A DNA stretch of 64,000 bases from Raillietiella orientalis (lineage: Eukaryota), in the NCBI GenBank assembly GCA_036172245.1, contig JAYWIR010000021.1:62001-126000 (forward strand). Direction: 5' to 3'. Shown here one piece after another: positions 11,324 to 23,139 of the stretch (positions are counted from its first letter, which is position 1; each line of letters starts with the position of its first letter). The notes below the pieces were generated by a model that worked only from the letters and a program-made list of their open reading frames with translations, searched no databases and was not told where the DNA came from. A program made the translations under genes and the position numbers.

Positions 11324-14300
11324 AGTGTGGTTGCGGTCTTCACTTCAGTTCTGCGATCGCTCAGTCTTCCCTATTGGGAAGAGAAGGCAGTGGCTTACGG
11401 TGATTACTGTCTTCTCTTGTCCATAAGGAAGATAGCGTTGTAGCGAAAGAAGTCAGGCGTATTCGGGGTCCCCTCGCCCAGTCCTGCATGATTTTTCCAA
11501 GGTCCGCTCTCGCGAGACTGCACCGGGGATGAAGATCGCCTGCGCGCACAGCCTCCCTCAGGCGTACGGTACCTCCTGCCTCCGAGCGTTCAAGTCCGTA
11601 GGGTGGCAGAGGATCCAAAGCTGCTTTTCGGCAGCAGCAGCGGGGTCATTTGCCCAAACGGAGAGCCCATCGCGCTCATCTTGTTGCGGTCACGTGAAAT
11701 CACGGCCGTTTATCCTTCACTTCCCGCAGCACGACGAAGGACGCGCTGTCATGAACCGGTTGCTGACCAATCTGGCCATCAGGGTCGCCATTCTAAGCTG
11801 CACTTGCAGTTCCATGCTTTCCGGTGTCAAGAGTCCTTGACCTGCCTCCCGATGCCGAGTCATCCAGTCCTTGAGGCGAATTCTAGACTCCGCAGATCCC
11901 CAAAATTCTCTCCTCATCAGGAGCTGCTCCTGGAGTTTTGCTGGATACGGTGAGGGATAAGCGAAGCACAGGGAAGCAAAGATGTTCCAGGAGATGTCCC
12001 CTTCCGGAAAGAGGAACTTGCTTCTTAACCGCAGAAATTGCTAACTGGAACGAAAATCCCAAGATCCTTTGAGTATCTTATCGTAGGGATTTCCAGAACA
12101 ATCGAGCTCGACTCCTCTTCCTCCAGCTACACTCCGACGGGGATGACTACGGACTGTCTTTTTGACGCACATTTCCGCACCTCATGCCTTCTGTGGTGGG
12201 TATGAGCAGCCGGAGAAGAAGGATGTCCGCGAAGGCTGCCACGGGCGGTGTGCAAGGGCAAGGCAGGTCGTCCGGTGTCAGCCTGTATGTCTTCAGCACC
12301 AGCGCAGAGAAAATGCTGAGGGTCCGCGATGTCGTCCTGCCTGATGGCTCTGCCCACGGGAACGCCATACACCGAGAAAGAAAATGCTGGTCATCGCGTT
12401 GCGCCACCAGAAGACGGCAAGCGCACCGAAAGGTTGAGACGTTCCAAGAGCTCCAGGAAGAGTTCCCGGCCTGCACAGTCGAATGCTCTTTGCAGATCGA
12501 GTGCGACCGACAAGGCTCCCGGCGTTTCCATCCGCTGTTTTTGCCCCGCTCACTCCCCGCCACAGCATTTGCTGCTCTGAGGGTTTTCCATAGTGACGCA
12601 GTACTGCAGCTGAATCCACGTGCGCGCAAGAAAGCAGGTCGGCGCGAACGGACCCCTGGAAAGAGCACAAGTCCACTCCGGACTGACCCAGGAGTCCTCT
12701 GCCCCTTCCGAGCTGCGTGTCCTGATCGGCATTGTCCGCAAGCTTGGTCCGATTCTTCTTCCTCTCGACGTGCTTTGGTATCCGCTGCCTACTCTTCAGG
12801 ACGACCTCCGGTATCAGCAAAAGTGTATTAGTCGTCTCTGGGAGCCCGAAGAGCTCGTCCCCATATCCCTGACGACAAGGAGCCGAGGAGTCGTAAACGA
12901 CGTCCCAGCTTCCACGGGACGGGAGCCCTCCGGCCGATAAATCCAGCCAAAGAACACCCGGAGAAATGCACACCGGCAACTTGCATCACGTCTGCTCGCG
13001 CGGATTTCACGACACAGCCGTTGGAACTCGTGTGTCTAGCCCTTTTGTGTCGGTAGGAGTTTCCTTGACAACCAGTCCCGCGAAGAAGAACAGCCGATGG
13101 CGAAGCCTGTCTTCTGCTCATGAAAGAACGTGTTCCTTCTTCGGCAAATGTATCGGGCATTACGTATCTGGGAAAACCCTTCAGGTTTAGGGGTATCCCC
13201 AACCGGTCCATGCAAAGACCAGCTGCCGGCCAAGACACTCTGCACTGACTCTGTGACAAAAATGGATTTAACAAGAACCCTTACTTTGTACAGGATCTAG
13301 TACATTGTCAGAGGCGAGGGATTCTCAAGACAGATTGGCTCGTTAGCGATTCTTACGTTGCTTGGCAGGGCAGTCACTGAAAAATACCCAAAGCCCACCA
13401 GACTGAGCGTTGCCTTATCATTCCCGACTTGCCAGAGGAAGCAAAAGATGGTGGTGCTGTCTTCGCACGGGGGCTGTCTGTAAAACCAGTGCTCGGTTTC
13501 AGGGAAATCTCATTCTTGAACCGTTCCAGGTGAGGGACGAATCTCCATGGAGGCGAAGAACCTGACATGGAGATGGCATGCATTCTGGCGCTGTCTTAGA
13601 AGGAACAGTTCAAACCAAAGATCCTTCCCTCTCTTTGTTTTTTTTTTCTTGTTTTAATTATTGATCCTTCTTGAGCTACCCACCGCGCGTGCCGGTGATC
13701 CCTCCTAGCGGACTGCTTGCTGCCCCTCCCGTCCGGGAACTGAGTTCCCAAATTGTTTCATTCTTCTCCCATTGCATGCACTCTCCGGCGTGACCGCGTA
13801 AGAAAGAAACCTGCCAGTGGAAGCTGGAAGCGTCCTTGTCGACGACTTTTTTGAGCTTCTACTAGCACCGAATCCAGAAGGGAAGGATTTAGCTCTCAGT
13901 ACCCTGGAAGCAGTGGAAAAAAAGAAGCTGCGAACATCTCCTTCAGATGGAGATTCAGCAAGACATGTGCCAGGATGAATTGGTGGAGAATTGGTCTTGC
14001 AGCGGTAAAGTCTACGGACTTCTGAAAGACCCTCATCTTCTGCCTGCTGAAGTCAATGTGGGTCTTTGATGATGGGGAGCCTAGGAAGCTATTGGTCACC
14101 TGACTTTCGATAGGTACATGAGAAAGTAACTTACACATAACCCTTGAGCGACGTGAAGAAAAACTCTGAGAGAAAAAAAGCATCCTAATCAGGGTAGAGT
14201 CATATCCTGCGTTAGTTGGTCAACATCGTTCTTTCAGTCACTCAAAGGACATCTTGGGTAGCAGAAAGCCTCTAGGCATAGGGACTGAACATCACCTCAC

Positions 14301-14724
14301 TGACGTCACAACTGTCTTTCCTTCCGGAGGACCTCTTCGCCGGAATTAACTCTTCGGCATCCACCGGAAGAGCTGGAGATGATCGCGAACTCCTTACTCC
14401 CCCTCAGGTGGCAGCAGTCGGCGTTGCAGATGCTGCACTGGGCACTCCCTTGCAACGCGCTTCGCTCCCACTGTACGAGGAGGTGCATCAGTGCCTACTG
14501 CCAAGCATCCATCCCCAGCACGAGTTGGCCAACAGACTATCCTGAGACATATCCTATGTGTGATGAGATACATATGCCTACTGGGTAGAAGACACGGAGG
14601 AAGACGGTTTCTTCTGCAACTTGGACGCGATTGTGGGCTTCCTAATTGAGGATGTTGCACTTGCAGTGGAATGCGCTTCCTTGCATTCTCTGGAGAGGTG
14701 GCGACGCAATGCTTATCAGCGTGA

Positions 14725-15112
14725 CTAGGAGAGTCTTCCCCTCTGGAATGGGGGGCTCTCTCCCTTAACATCTGGAGAGGTGCCATTACGCACCCATCTC
14801 CATCTGAACGAGCCGAAGGGGTCCCCCAGTGGGGGCTCCGCTTTTCGCTGCACAACCGGAGGGAGAACTCTCCACTCCTTGATTCCTGGAAGGACCTGAA
14901 GGTCGACTCCCATTGTTCCGGTTTTCATCAGGTGCCTCCGGTTTCAGCCTCTACCGGTGTCGCACCCGAATGTTTGTAGGCCAACCAGCGCCATCTTGCA
15001 GGAGGAACTCGGAACCCGACGACTCAGTGCGTTAGTTTCTGTCGGAGTATTCGAACCCACGACGTATGGTGCCACGCCCGAAAGATGTAACCGCAAAGCC
15101 TCCGACTCGGGC
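14725..15112 (-). mobile_element. tRNA-derived SINE, copy 2 (3'-truncated)
   Basis: Head gcccgagtcggaggctttgcggttac...gggttcgaatac. Long near-identical blocks shared with copy 3 (aaggtcgactcccattgttccgg; ggggtcccccagtggggg). Confidence 0.85.
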
Positions 15113-16019
15113 CAGTGGAAATGCGTGGGAGAAAAAGCACACTTTATTCCTACTGACCACAGGATATGGTGTGACTCCCTTCTTCTTGCAGATGATCTTG
15201 ATCAACGTTTTTCCACTGTTCCTGACAGTCAGGAAGGTGGAACAGAGCAGCTGACCCAGGAAAGCAGCGCACGCCGGAGAAAATGCAAATCAATAGATAC
15301 TCAGGAATACAGTTCGAACAAAATGCTTAAAGAGACCGGGAACCCAAGGTGTGAAGAAAGGGAATGGACGCGGAAGTTCAAACCACTCCTCTCAATTCGC
15401 AGAAGAGCGAGCTCACTTCCAAAAACTCACAGAGGAAAAGCAACTGCGCTGTGATGACTTCCTCGTTGCATTCCTGGTTTCCGGGGGAGTTGCCTCCCGA
15501 ACTTTTCCAGGTGCGGGAAGATGAAATCGCTCCCACACCTTTTGTTGGAGTGCAGTGCCTTCGAGGACCTGTGGCAGAGACTCGCTTCGGCGCTCCGTTG
15601 ACCGTAGGACACTGCAGCGGACTTGCTGCGGCGCTTCTTCACAGAAGGCGGACTGAAGAAGGGCGCTTTGATCGCAACGAGATGCTGCATCCGCTCCATG
15701 GTGGCAGTCTGCCATATGTGGGAATCAAGTTCGAGGCGAAGAGAGGCCACCAGTCTTTACCCTCCCGTCTTTTTTTTTATAATTTATTTACTGTCCTTCC
15801 CTCCGTTCCCTAGTTTTTGGAGCCGGCCTGCGTGCTGGTGACTATCCCGGATGGACTTCTTTCTTTTTTTTTTTGGCTTTTCTTGTTTTATTTAAAAGGA
15901 TACTTTTCCCCTCTATCTTTGAATTAATTAATTTATTTATTTTTGAAGTAAACGTCTCGGCGTAACTGGGTCCCAACCTCATTGCATGCAAATCACTGAC
16001 GCGCAAAATATACGTTGTC

Positions 16020-16930
16020 TTGAAGATCAAGACGCACGCGAAGCAAAGAAGAAAGCTGAGGATCAATCCCCCGAACGACGAGTCTTCCATTCAGAAGATT
16101 CACGATGCGAACAGAAGAAAAGCTGTGCTCACTGCATGCCAACAGGATCACAGATGCAGGACCGAGCCGGAAATACTCGAGTGGCACTTCCATTGGGAAC
16201 AGGAGGTAAAAAATGAATTTGATAGCAGTCTATCAGAAGAAACAATATTGGGAAGAACCAGGGAAATATCTTCTCTTGAACTATCTTCCTTTCTACAAGA
16301 GGAGGCAGCAGCACTGCTACGACACTCCGAAAATTTCTCTCCGAGAGCGGATGGGATAACATACGCCGGTTGGAAGTGTGGATCCTGAAGCGGAGGTTCT
16401 AACATCAATATTCAACTTGCTGAAGAAATTTCGTCGGATTCTGGGAAACTGGAAATGCACAAAAGCCCGTGTGTATTCCGGAAAGCTCCGTCTCGACAGA
16501 AGACGTCTCCAGCTGGAGGCCAATCTCCATAGGTAATGGCGTGTACAGGCTATACGCTAAGTGCCCGGAGTCCAGACTAAGAAACTGGATTATGAGAAAC
16601 GAAGTGCACGGTGCTCATCAGAAGGACTTCCTGCCCTTCGACGGAGTGCTCGAGCAAAACTTCGTTTGTCCGACGAGCCTCGGCTCTGCTCGCCGTTGGT
16701 ACCGGGACATTTGCGCTGTCTTTATACAGTTCGCGAGTGCCTTTGGGAGGCTGCCCCATGAGATGATCCTGGAGACGTTCGGGAAAGCCAAACAGGCAAC
16801 GATCTCATAACATCATTGAAGTTATCCACTCTGGGAGCTCCACTTACGTACAGTTGGAGTCAGCGACGGCGAAAACCTTCTCTTTAGCTCTTCCAAGAGC
16901 TAAATGACGAAGATATCTAACTTCGAAAAT
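16020..16930 (+). mobile_element. Utopia/NeSL-like non-LTR retrotransposon, 5' part of RT (pseudogenised)
   Basis: Frameshifted RT motifs: IQKIHDANRRKAV, SPRADGITYAGWK, WRPISIGNGVYRLYAKC, HQKDFLPFDGVLEQNF, FASAFGRLPHEMI. Confidence 0.85.
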
Positions 16931-17125
16931 CTGACGGACAAGTTGGTCTATCCATCAACCCAAAGAAGCGCTCTTTTTTTTCTTTTTTTTTTGGTTCGCT
17001 AAGTATCTCAGAGCCGGTCGCGTGCCTCGCGGCGCAAGTGACTCTTTTTTTTTTTTTTTAAAACATTAAACACACTGTTTTGTTTCCACGCCCCTCCGCC
17101 CGCAGCAACCCGCAGGGGGGCGTGT

Positions 17126-17813
17126 AATTCTTCAGGATAGGGAGCACCCCGGGATGGGGGTCCGCCCTATGAATCCAGGAAGGGCTCGGAGTCCGTTGCT
17201 CTCACGTTTGGGGAGGGATCGCACTTCCAACCCTCCAACCCCCTGGGAGGGGGTGGTCCTCTCCATTTCAACTTCTATGGAGGGAACCCGCAAGGGAACC
17301 GCTCCTGTTCATTCCTCTGAAGAGAACCCCGAAGGGACGCTTCCGAAATTCAGAAGGGGCGCTGCAGCTTCCCGCAGGGAATCGCTCTCTCTTGCTTCCT
17401 TGTGCACACTCCGTGAAGAGGCGACGACTCGGAGGGACCCCCCCGCAACGGGGAGGGTCCGCTCCTTTGAACAACTGGAGAGGTGCCCGTGAGGGCTCCT
17501 GATCCATCTTGAAACCGGAGGGGTCCCCCAGTGGGGGGTCCGCTCTCCGTTGCACAACAGGAGGGGGAACTCCCCACTCCTTGATTCCTGGGAGGACCCG
17601 AAGGTCGACTCCCATTGTTCCGGCCTCCATCGGGGCCTCCGGTTTTATTCACCGACGGTGCCACACCCGAATGTCTCGGCCACCCAGAGCCATTGCAGGA
17701 GAAACTCGGAACCCAAACGACGCAGTGGCGTCAAGTTATCTGCCGAAGTATTCGAACCCGCGACGCATGGTGCCACACGCGGAAGCTTTAACCACAAGGC
17801 CTCCGACGCGGGC
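17126..17813 (-). mobile_element. tRNA-derived SINE, copy 3 (apparently full length, about 690 bp), nested in the retrotransposon
   Basis: Head gcccgcgtcggaggccttgtggttaaagc (A-box-like)...gggttcgaatac (B box), hairpin-array body, and 3' end ggggtgctccctatcctgaagaatt shared with copies 4 and 5. Confidence 0.9.
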
Positions 17814-17814
17814 A

Positions 17815-19420
17815 AGTGCAAGTGCAAGAAGTGCTCTTCGCTGAACTCCAGTGGCAAAGCTCCCAAAGAACTGAGAGGAATTGAATAGAGGTGAGAAACG
17901 AGGGAGTCCCCTGTATCTCCTTATCGAAGGCACCAAATATCTGGGGAAGCGCTTTGGAATCGGAATCTTCAAAACCCCTTCCGTAAAAAGAATAAATCTT
18001 CCAAAAAACAAACTCCGTTCTGGACAGTGGCCTTTCCACGTGGCAGAAAATGAATGCCTTGGAGACTACTTTTTTTTTCATCCTTGTCCACTACGAGGCC
18101 GGCGAGGCATCCGAAAGAAGGATAAAAGTACATAGATCAAGAAGTTGGGCGGAAGATCAAGAACGTCTTGCATCTCCCTACGCGGGCAGCCAACGGATAT
18201 CTCTACAAAGATGGAAGGAGAATCTGCCTGGGTTTATTGAAGCTGGCTGATGAAGACTTTTATCAGAGACACTTTTATCATAGACAGCTGTTTGAAGTCG
18301 CTCACCTCTTCAGATAATGCCAGCCTATGAGACGCTACGAGGAGTAGTAGTGCGGAAGAAAATCCTCGAGCCACCATCGGATGAAGATTTTGGAAAGTTG
18401 GGGGCAGGCATTTCTTTCGGAAAATTCTGGAGGACCAGCGGCGAAATTGGGAGCATGTGGACAAGCGGAAGACAGGTTTCGGGAAGGAGCGAAGCCCAAC
18501 GGGAATTCATTGGTGGAGAGCCCAACATCACAATCGGCGGCGTCACTTTCAACAGAAGCACAACGAGAAAGTTTGTCTCTGCCGCAAGAGCAGCACAGAG
18601 AGAGCAATCTTGGCAATCCCTGGTAAAAAGACACCCGGATCAGGGAAAGACCATTCAGTGTGTGGATCTGCACCGCGTGTTCAGCTATTTCCTCACAACT
18701 GGGGAATTTTTGAGATTCTCGGATCACAAGTTCGTCCACTCTGCTCGTTTGAATCTTCTTCCTATAAGAGGAGTGACTAGAAGGAAAGAAGTAGATTGGG
18801 CGTGTCGGTGATGCAGAGTGTGGGATGAGGCATATTGCAAATCATTGCATGAGGCACTCTCGTCTTTATACTGCGCGTCATGATGCTATACGAGGAAGAG
18901 TGAAGGACGCTGAGGTTGATGAAGTGAAGTGAACCTTGATTTAAACAAACGAGAGTGTTCCGGGAATAGATTTCTCTCTATGGACCTAATTGGTACTGCA
19001 GAAGGGCAACCGAATGGTGGTGCTGGACGTTGGCTGCCCGTTCGAGGATGGCGAGCAGGAGTTCAGCACAGTCAGAAGGGGCAAGATTGAAAAAACCGAG
19101 AAAGTAACCCTCCAGTTGACCAAGAATGAGAAACGCTGTAAGGTGCACTCCATCATCATGGGTCTACTTGTAACCTAGTATCCAGGAAACGATGCTGTTC
19201 TTCATTATCTCGGAGTCCCTAGCAAGCACTTGGAAAAGATGAGACACCTCATGATGGCCTCGTGCAACCGATATACTAGGGACATCTACTGGGCCCATTG
19301 GGTACTGGGGAGACTAGGAATAGAGGATGCGGAAGCCACTCTGCATCCTGAAAAAGTCAGAGAGCTGCTCTCAAAAGAGAGAACCGGAGAAATGGGAGCA
19401 GGCAGTACATTAGGTTAGGA
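17815..19420 (+). mobile_element. Utopia/NeSL-like retrotransposon, 3' part: end of RT, CCHC knuckle and restriction-like endonuclease (pseudogenised)
   Basis: KCSSL, KYLG, IDSCLKSLTSSD, SMWTSGRQVSGR, PDQGKT...RFSDHKFVHSARLNLLPIRG, CR*C...HC...RHDAI and VLDVGCPFE...KIEK, broken by stops and frameshifts. Confidence 0.85.
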
Positions 19421-19814
19421 GCAACGAGAGCACCAGGCGGATACAGGTAGGAAGATTCTGAAGAATAGGAAAAGTCCCCCTCCCTTCCCGTAATTTTCTT
19501 TAATTCTACTCTCAAACAAAGAAATAAAAGGAATTTGAGAGTCAGTTGAGAACAGAGGTAGGCATACGAACATCTCGTGACACAAAGACTATAAAAACTA
19601 TAAATACTACCCCTGTGTTCAATTGACTCTCAAATTTCTATTCCATGCTTTGCATATCCAAACCAAAGATTGCACTGCTTCATTCGCTGAAGAACAAAAG
19701 GAACATCGTGATCCATTTTGATATACGATGCTGGAACCTGGATGAATACTGCTACATGCCAATGTTGTTTTTCCCCAGTATTCCAGTCATGAACGGATTG
19801 CTTTTCCCCATTTT

Positions 19815-20505
19815 GCCCACGTCAGAGGCCGTATGGTTACGGTGGTCTCCGCGCGTGGCACCATGCGTCGTGGGTCCGAATACTCCGAAGGAATCGACGC
19901 AGTGCATCATGGGTTCCGAGTTCACCCTACAAGATGACGCTGGTCGGCCTACATTCATCCGGGTGCGGCACTGGTAGCGGTTCAAACCGAATGCCCCCGA
20001 AGAGGACCGGGACAAATGGGAGTCGACCTCCGGGTCCTTCCAGGAATCACGGAGTGGTTAGTTAGCCCTCCGGTTGTGAAGGAGCGGACCCTCCATTCCG
20101 GAGGGGAATCCACCCGGACTGATGGAATAGGTGTGTCGCCACCCATCCCCTTAGAGAGTGCAGAGAAACGAGCCGATCCCTTCGGGGAAGCTGCGTCCTT
20201 CTGAATTTTGGAAGCGTCACCTTCTGGGTTCTCTTCAGAGGAGGAAAAATAGGATCGGATCCCTTCCGGGTTCCTTTCAGAGAAGAAAGAATGGAGCGGA
20301 CTCCTCCAAGAGTCTCTTCGGAGAGAATAAGGAAAGAGATTCCCTTTTGGATTCCCCTTCGGAGACAGCCAGGGTGAAGGTGATCCCCATTTCCGAGGAT
20401 GCCTCCACAGGCGTGAGAGGAACAGACTCCGAGTCCTTCCTGGATTCATTGGGCGAACCCCTGCCGGGGTATCCCCTCTCTTGAAGAATTACCCACCCTC
20501 GGGTG
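19815..20505 (+). mobile_element. tRNA-derived SINE, copy 4 (apparently full length)
   Basis: Head gcccacgtcagaggccgtatggttac...gtggcaccatgcgtcgtgggtccgaatac. Collinear with the reverse complement of copy 3 through to ttgaagaattac. Confidence 0.9.
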
Positions 20506-20799
20506 GCATGGAACTGTGTCGAAGAACTGCGAAGACAGAAAAGAATTTCCATCATCAACAGCCATCGTTCTCAGATGTTGGAGGCAAAATTTGCCTACGA
20601 GACAAAAGAGAAAAACGACACGATCACTTTTAGAGATCAAATGTGTTTTCGGAGTGATCCTTGTCCATCTCCGACAGAAACGGGAAAACATTTTCCTGTC
20701 TCAGCAGATCAGGTGAAGAGTAACGAAGTTCAATCTTTTGCCTTGTACGCCATGATTCTTCACAAGATACAATCAGACTTTGGTTATCTTGATCTTCGG

Positions 20800-21320
20800 T
20801 TACAGAAAATGCCAATCCTTCGTGCTGCAGATGTGAACCCAGTAAACCAGTGGTCAGCTCCCTTGAGGTGCATCGCCATCCGCACTCGCTTGCAAGCTGA
20901 TCGCATGTAGATTCCTGAGCCAGCAAGAATTCATGCGATGCACTCACGGAGAAATATCTGCAGCTCTGTATCTGTTTCTTCAGACACAATGTCTCCACGA
21001 AGGGACAGATGGCCTGCATGAGGATGTCATGTTCCCTTCTTAGCCATCATTTAGGGTTACGTTGAGGTGACACTTTGCGTATTCAACTGCGCATCAATAT
21101 GTGGAGATTGAGATCACAGGAAGTAAACAGCAAGAACCTGATTGGGTACGACCCTGAGGAACGTTATAGAGGCTTTCACTTTGAGAAGACTGAGTTCCCT
21201 CTTCGTTGAGTAGGAACCGAAACGAAGGTGTGTTCTGTGAAGGACGGTGCTACCACTTGCAACCAACAGCGAAAACTTGGCTTTCCCATTTCTAAAGTCT
21301 GTGGAAGAATTCGAAAGCAC
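20800..21320 (-). mobile_element. Possible decayed LINE RT C-terminal fragment
   Basis: KVKASITFLRVV...HID...SAS resembles the KFLGV/HI/SAS order of I-group LINE RT ends. Very degenerate. Confidence 0.25.
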
Positions 21321-21652
21321 AGGAATTTATCTGAAAATTGGAGGTCGTTAAGTTGAAGAACTGCTTCCCAAAGTAATGCACACGTACACACAAAACGCTA
21401 TCCTTAACAGCTTTGGAAGTCACCAGCAGTATAACTGTTTACATGACTAATGTGATGGAATTTTTTCCAAAAGAAACACGCAGAAACGAGGATGCTCCAG
21501 CTTTCAGGATTCCAGGAAGAATTTGAGAAGTTAAACATATGTGTGATCCTCTCTTCGAACGGGAAACACTTGGAAGGAAATGGGCATAGAAATTTAAACG
21601 ACGTGAACTCGAATGTGCACAAACTTTGAGTGTGCAGAGAAGTGAACTCGCG

Positions 21653-23139
21653 ATGAAGAGCTTCCGCATTCTCGTTTGCCTTGTGCTTGCTTGCGGTAAG
21701 TTTTGTAAGTTCCTACAAAACGCTGTTTGGGGTTTGGATGATGGGCTGTCTCTGGAAAGTAGTAAGACCGTACAAAACGATCATGATTTCCAAATGAAAA
21801 AACGTACAGTACAGTTATAGACAATCGCACGCGTTCGGCCTTTCTGAAGTCCGCGCAATTTTTCAAGTCTTTCTGAAACTCTGCCCGCTTCTCTGGCGAG
21901 GAAATTCACTTTCACTGCCACTGGGATGTCCTCTGGATATGAATTGCATCCATGAAATGCCACTCTCGCAGATCCTCAGTTATCCCATCAGTATGTTTTT
22001 TTTTTTTTTTTTTCTTTGCAAAATCGTTCTCTTAAGCAACTGCTGTTGGGGACAACGTGGGAAACCCTCAAATTCATCTGTTATGAAACACCACTGTTCT
22101 CTTCCCAGCATCTGAGGGAGTTCCGGAAGATATGTCACGTGAGGTCCCCTCTCAGAGCAGCCCACTGGATATGCTGTACAATGTGCATCAGAGAAGTGAA
22201 GTTATACGCGATTGGTTCAGGGAGCAATCGTGAGTGCCTTCGTAGTAGTTAACTGACAAAACGGCATCGGAAAAATAGAAACCATTTGAAAATAACCTTT
22301 TACCTTATAATGCTTTTAAATTCCAAGCAGCCCTGAGACACAAGATGGGTTGCAGCATGATTTGGAAGAAATAATCAAGGTGGTAGAGGAACATAAAAGG
22401 GAAGAAGCGAAACCCAAGGGAGCAGACAAAAAATTCGCTCGTCTTGAAGATTTTTTCAGTGAGATTCAAGAGGTGTACAAATCCTCACTTGCTTGGGACA
22501 AAGCTCGGTGGAAGGTTTCCTTACTAAAGTGAGTAAGAGATAAAATGCTCTTTTGAAAACCTGCAGCCAGTTTCCCATGACGAGTTTCTCCAGACGCATC
22601 CTTGACGACGCTTTTTCTGCATGCGCGGCGTGATGATTGGCAGAATTAGAAATGACCTTGCGGTGATCAGTTGTATCGAAAACACCCCGTCACTGGAAAA
22701 GGCAAACCGGGCCGGAAATAAGTGCCACAGAGTTCATTCCACTCTTCTTCATGGAGAAAAGTGGCGGAACCTTCCCCCCCCCCCCCCATAAAATCATTCT
22801 TGCGTCTGCGCGCGACTTCCACTGTTATCTTGGCAGAGGATGCAACTCGCAAGGACCACTTTGCTCTCTGAGTTGCCTGCTCGGCGTGACTAGAGATTTC
22901 CGATCCGCCGGAACTGCCCGGTGTCCACGCCCGACCGGGGGTGCTCGGCGAATTCTTGACCAGGTCGCAAGCCGAAAACCAGACATTCAGTAGTCATGGG
23001 AGACCCTGTAGCGTTCTCGACCACGGTGCCGCACACGGGTCTCACAGACATCTCTGTTTGTTTTAGAATCTTATCACTGGCTGAGTATTTCTGGAGCAGT
23101 GAGACCTTTGACTGGAAAACTCCCAGAAATGTCTTCTAG
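21653..23139 (+). CDS. Gene B: secreted, charged, putatively helical protein; exons 21653-21695, 22109-22229, 22331-22528, last exon uncertain (23067-23139 gives 144 aa)
   Basis: Splice sites G|gtaagt, ttcccag|, TC|gtgagt, aagcag|, AA|gtgagt; phases 1,2,2 as in genes A and C. MKSFRILVCLVLACASEG (signal-like) VPEDMSREVPSQSSPLDMLYNVHQRSEVIRDWFREQSPETQDGLQHDLEEIIKVVEEHKREEAKPKGADKKFARLEDFFSEIQEVYKSSLAWDKARWKVSLLK + ILSLAEYFWSSETFDWKTPRNVF*. Confidence 0.75.

Noticed and set aside
17060..17137. Hammerhead-like CTGAAGA...stem...GAAAC at the 3' end of SINE copy 3 (- strand)
   Set aside because: There are four extra bases before stem II, no stem I can form, and the core is not kept in copies 4 and 5.
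17740..17813. tRNA gene (His-like GTG)
   Set aside because: No intact cloverleaf; it is the SINE head.
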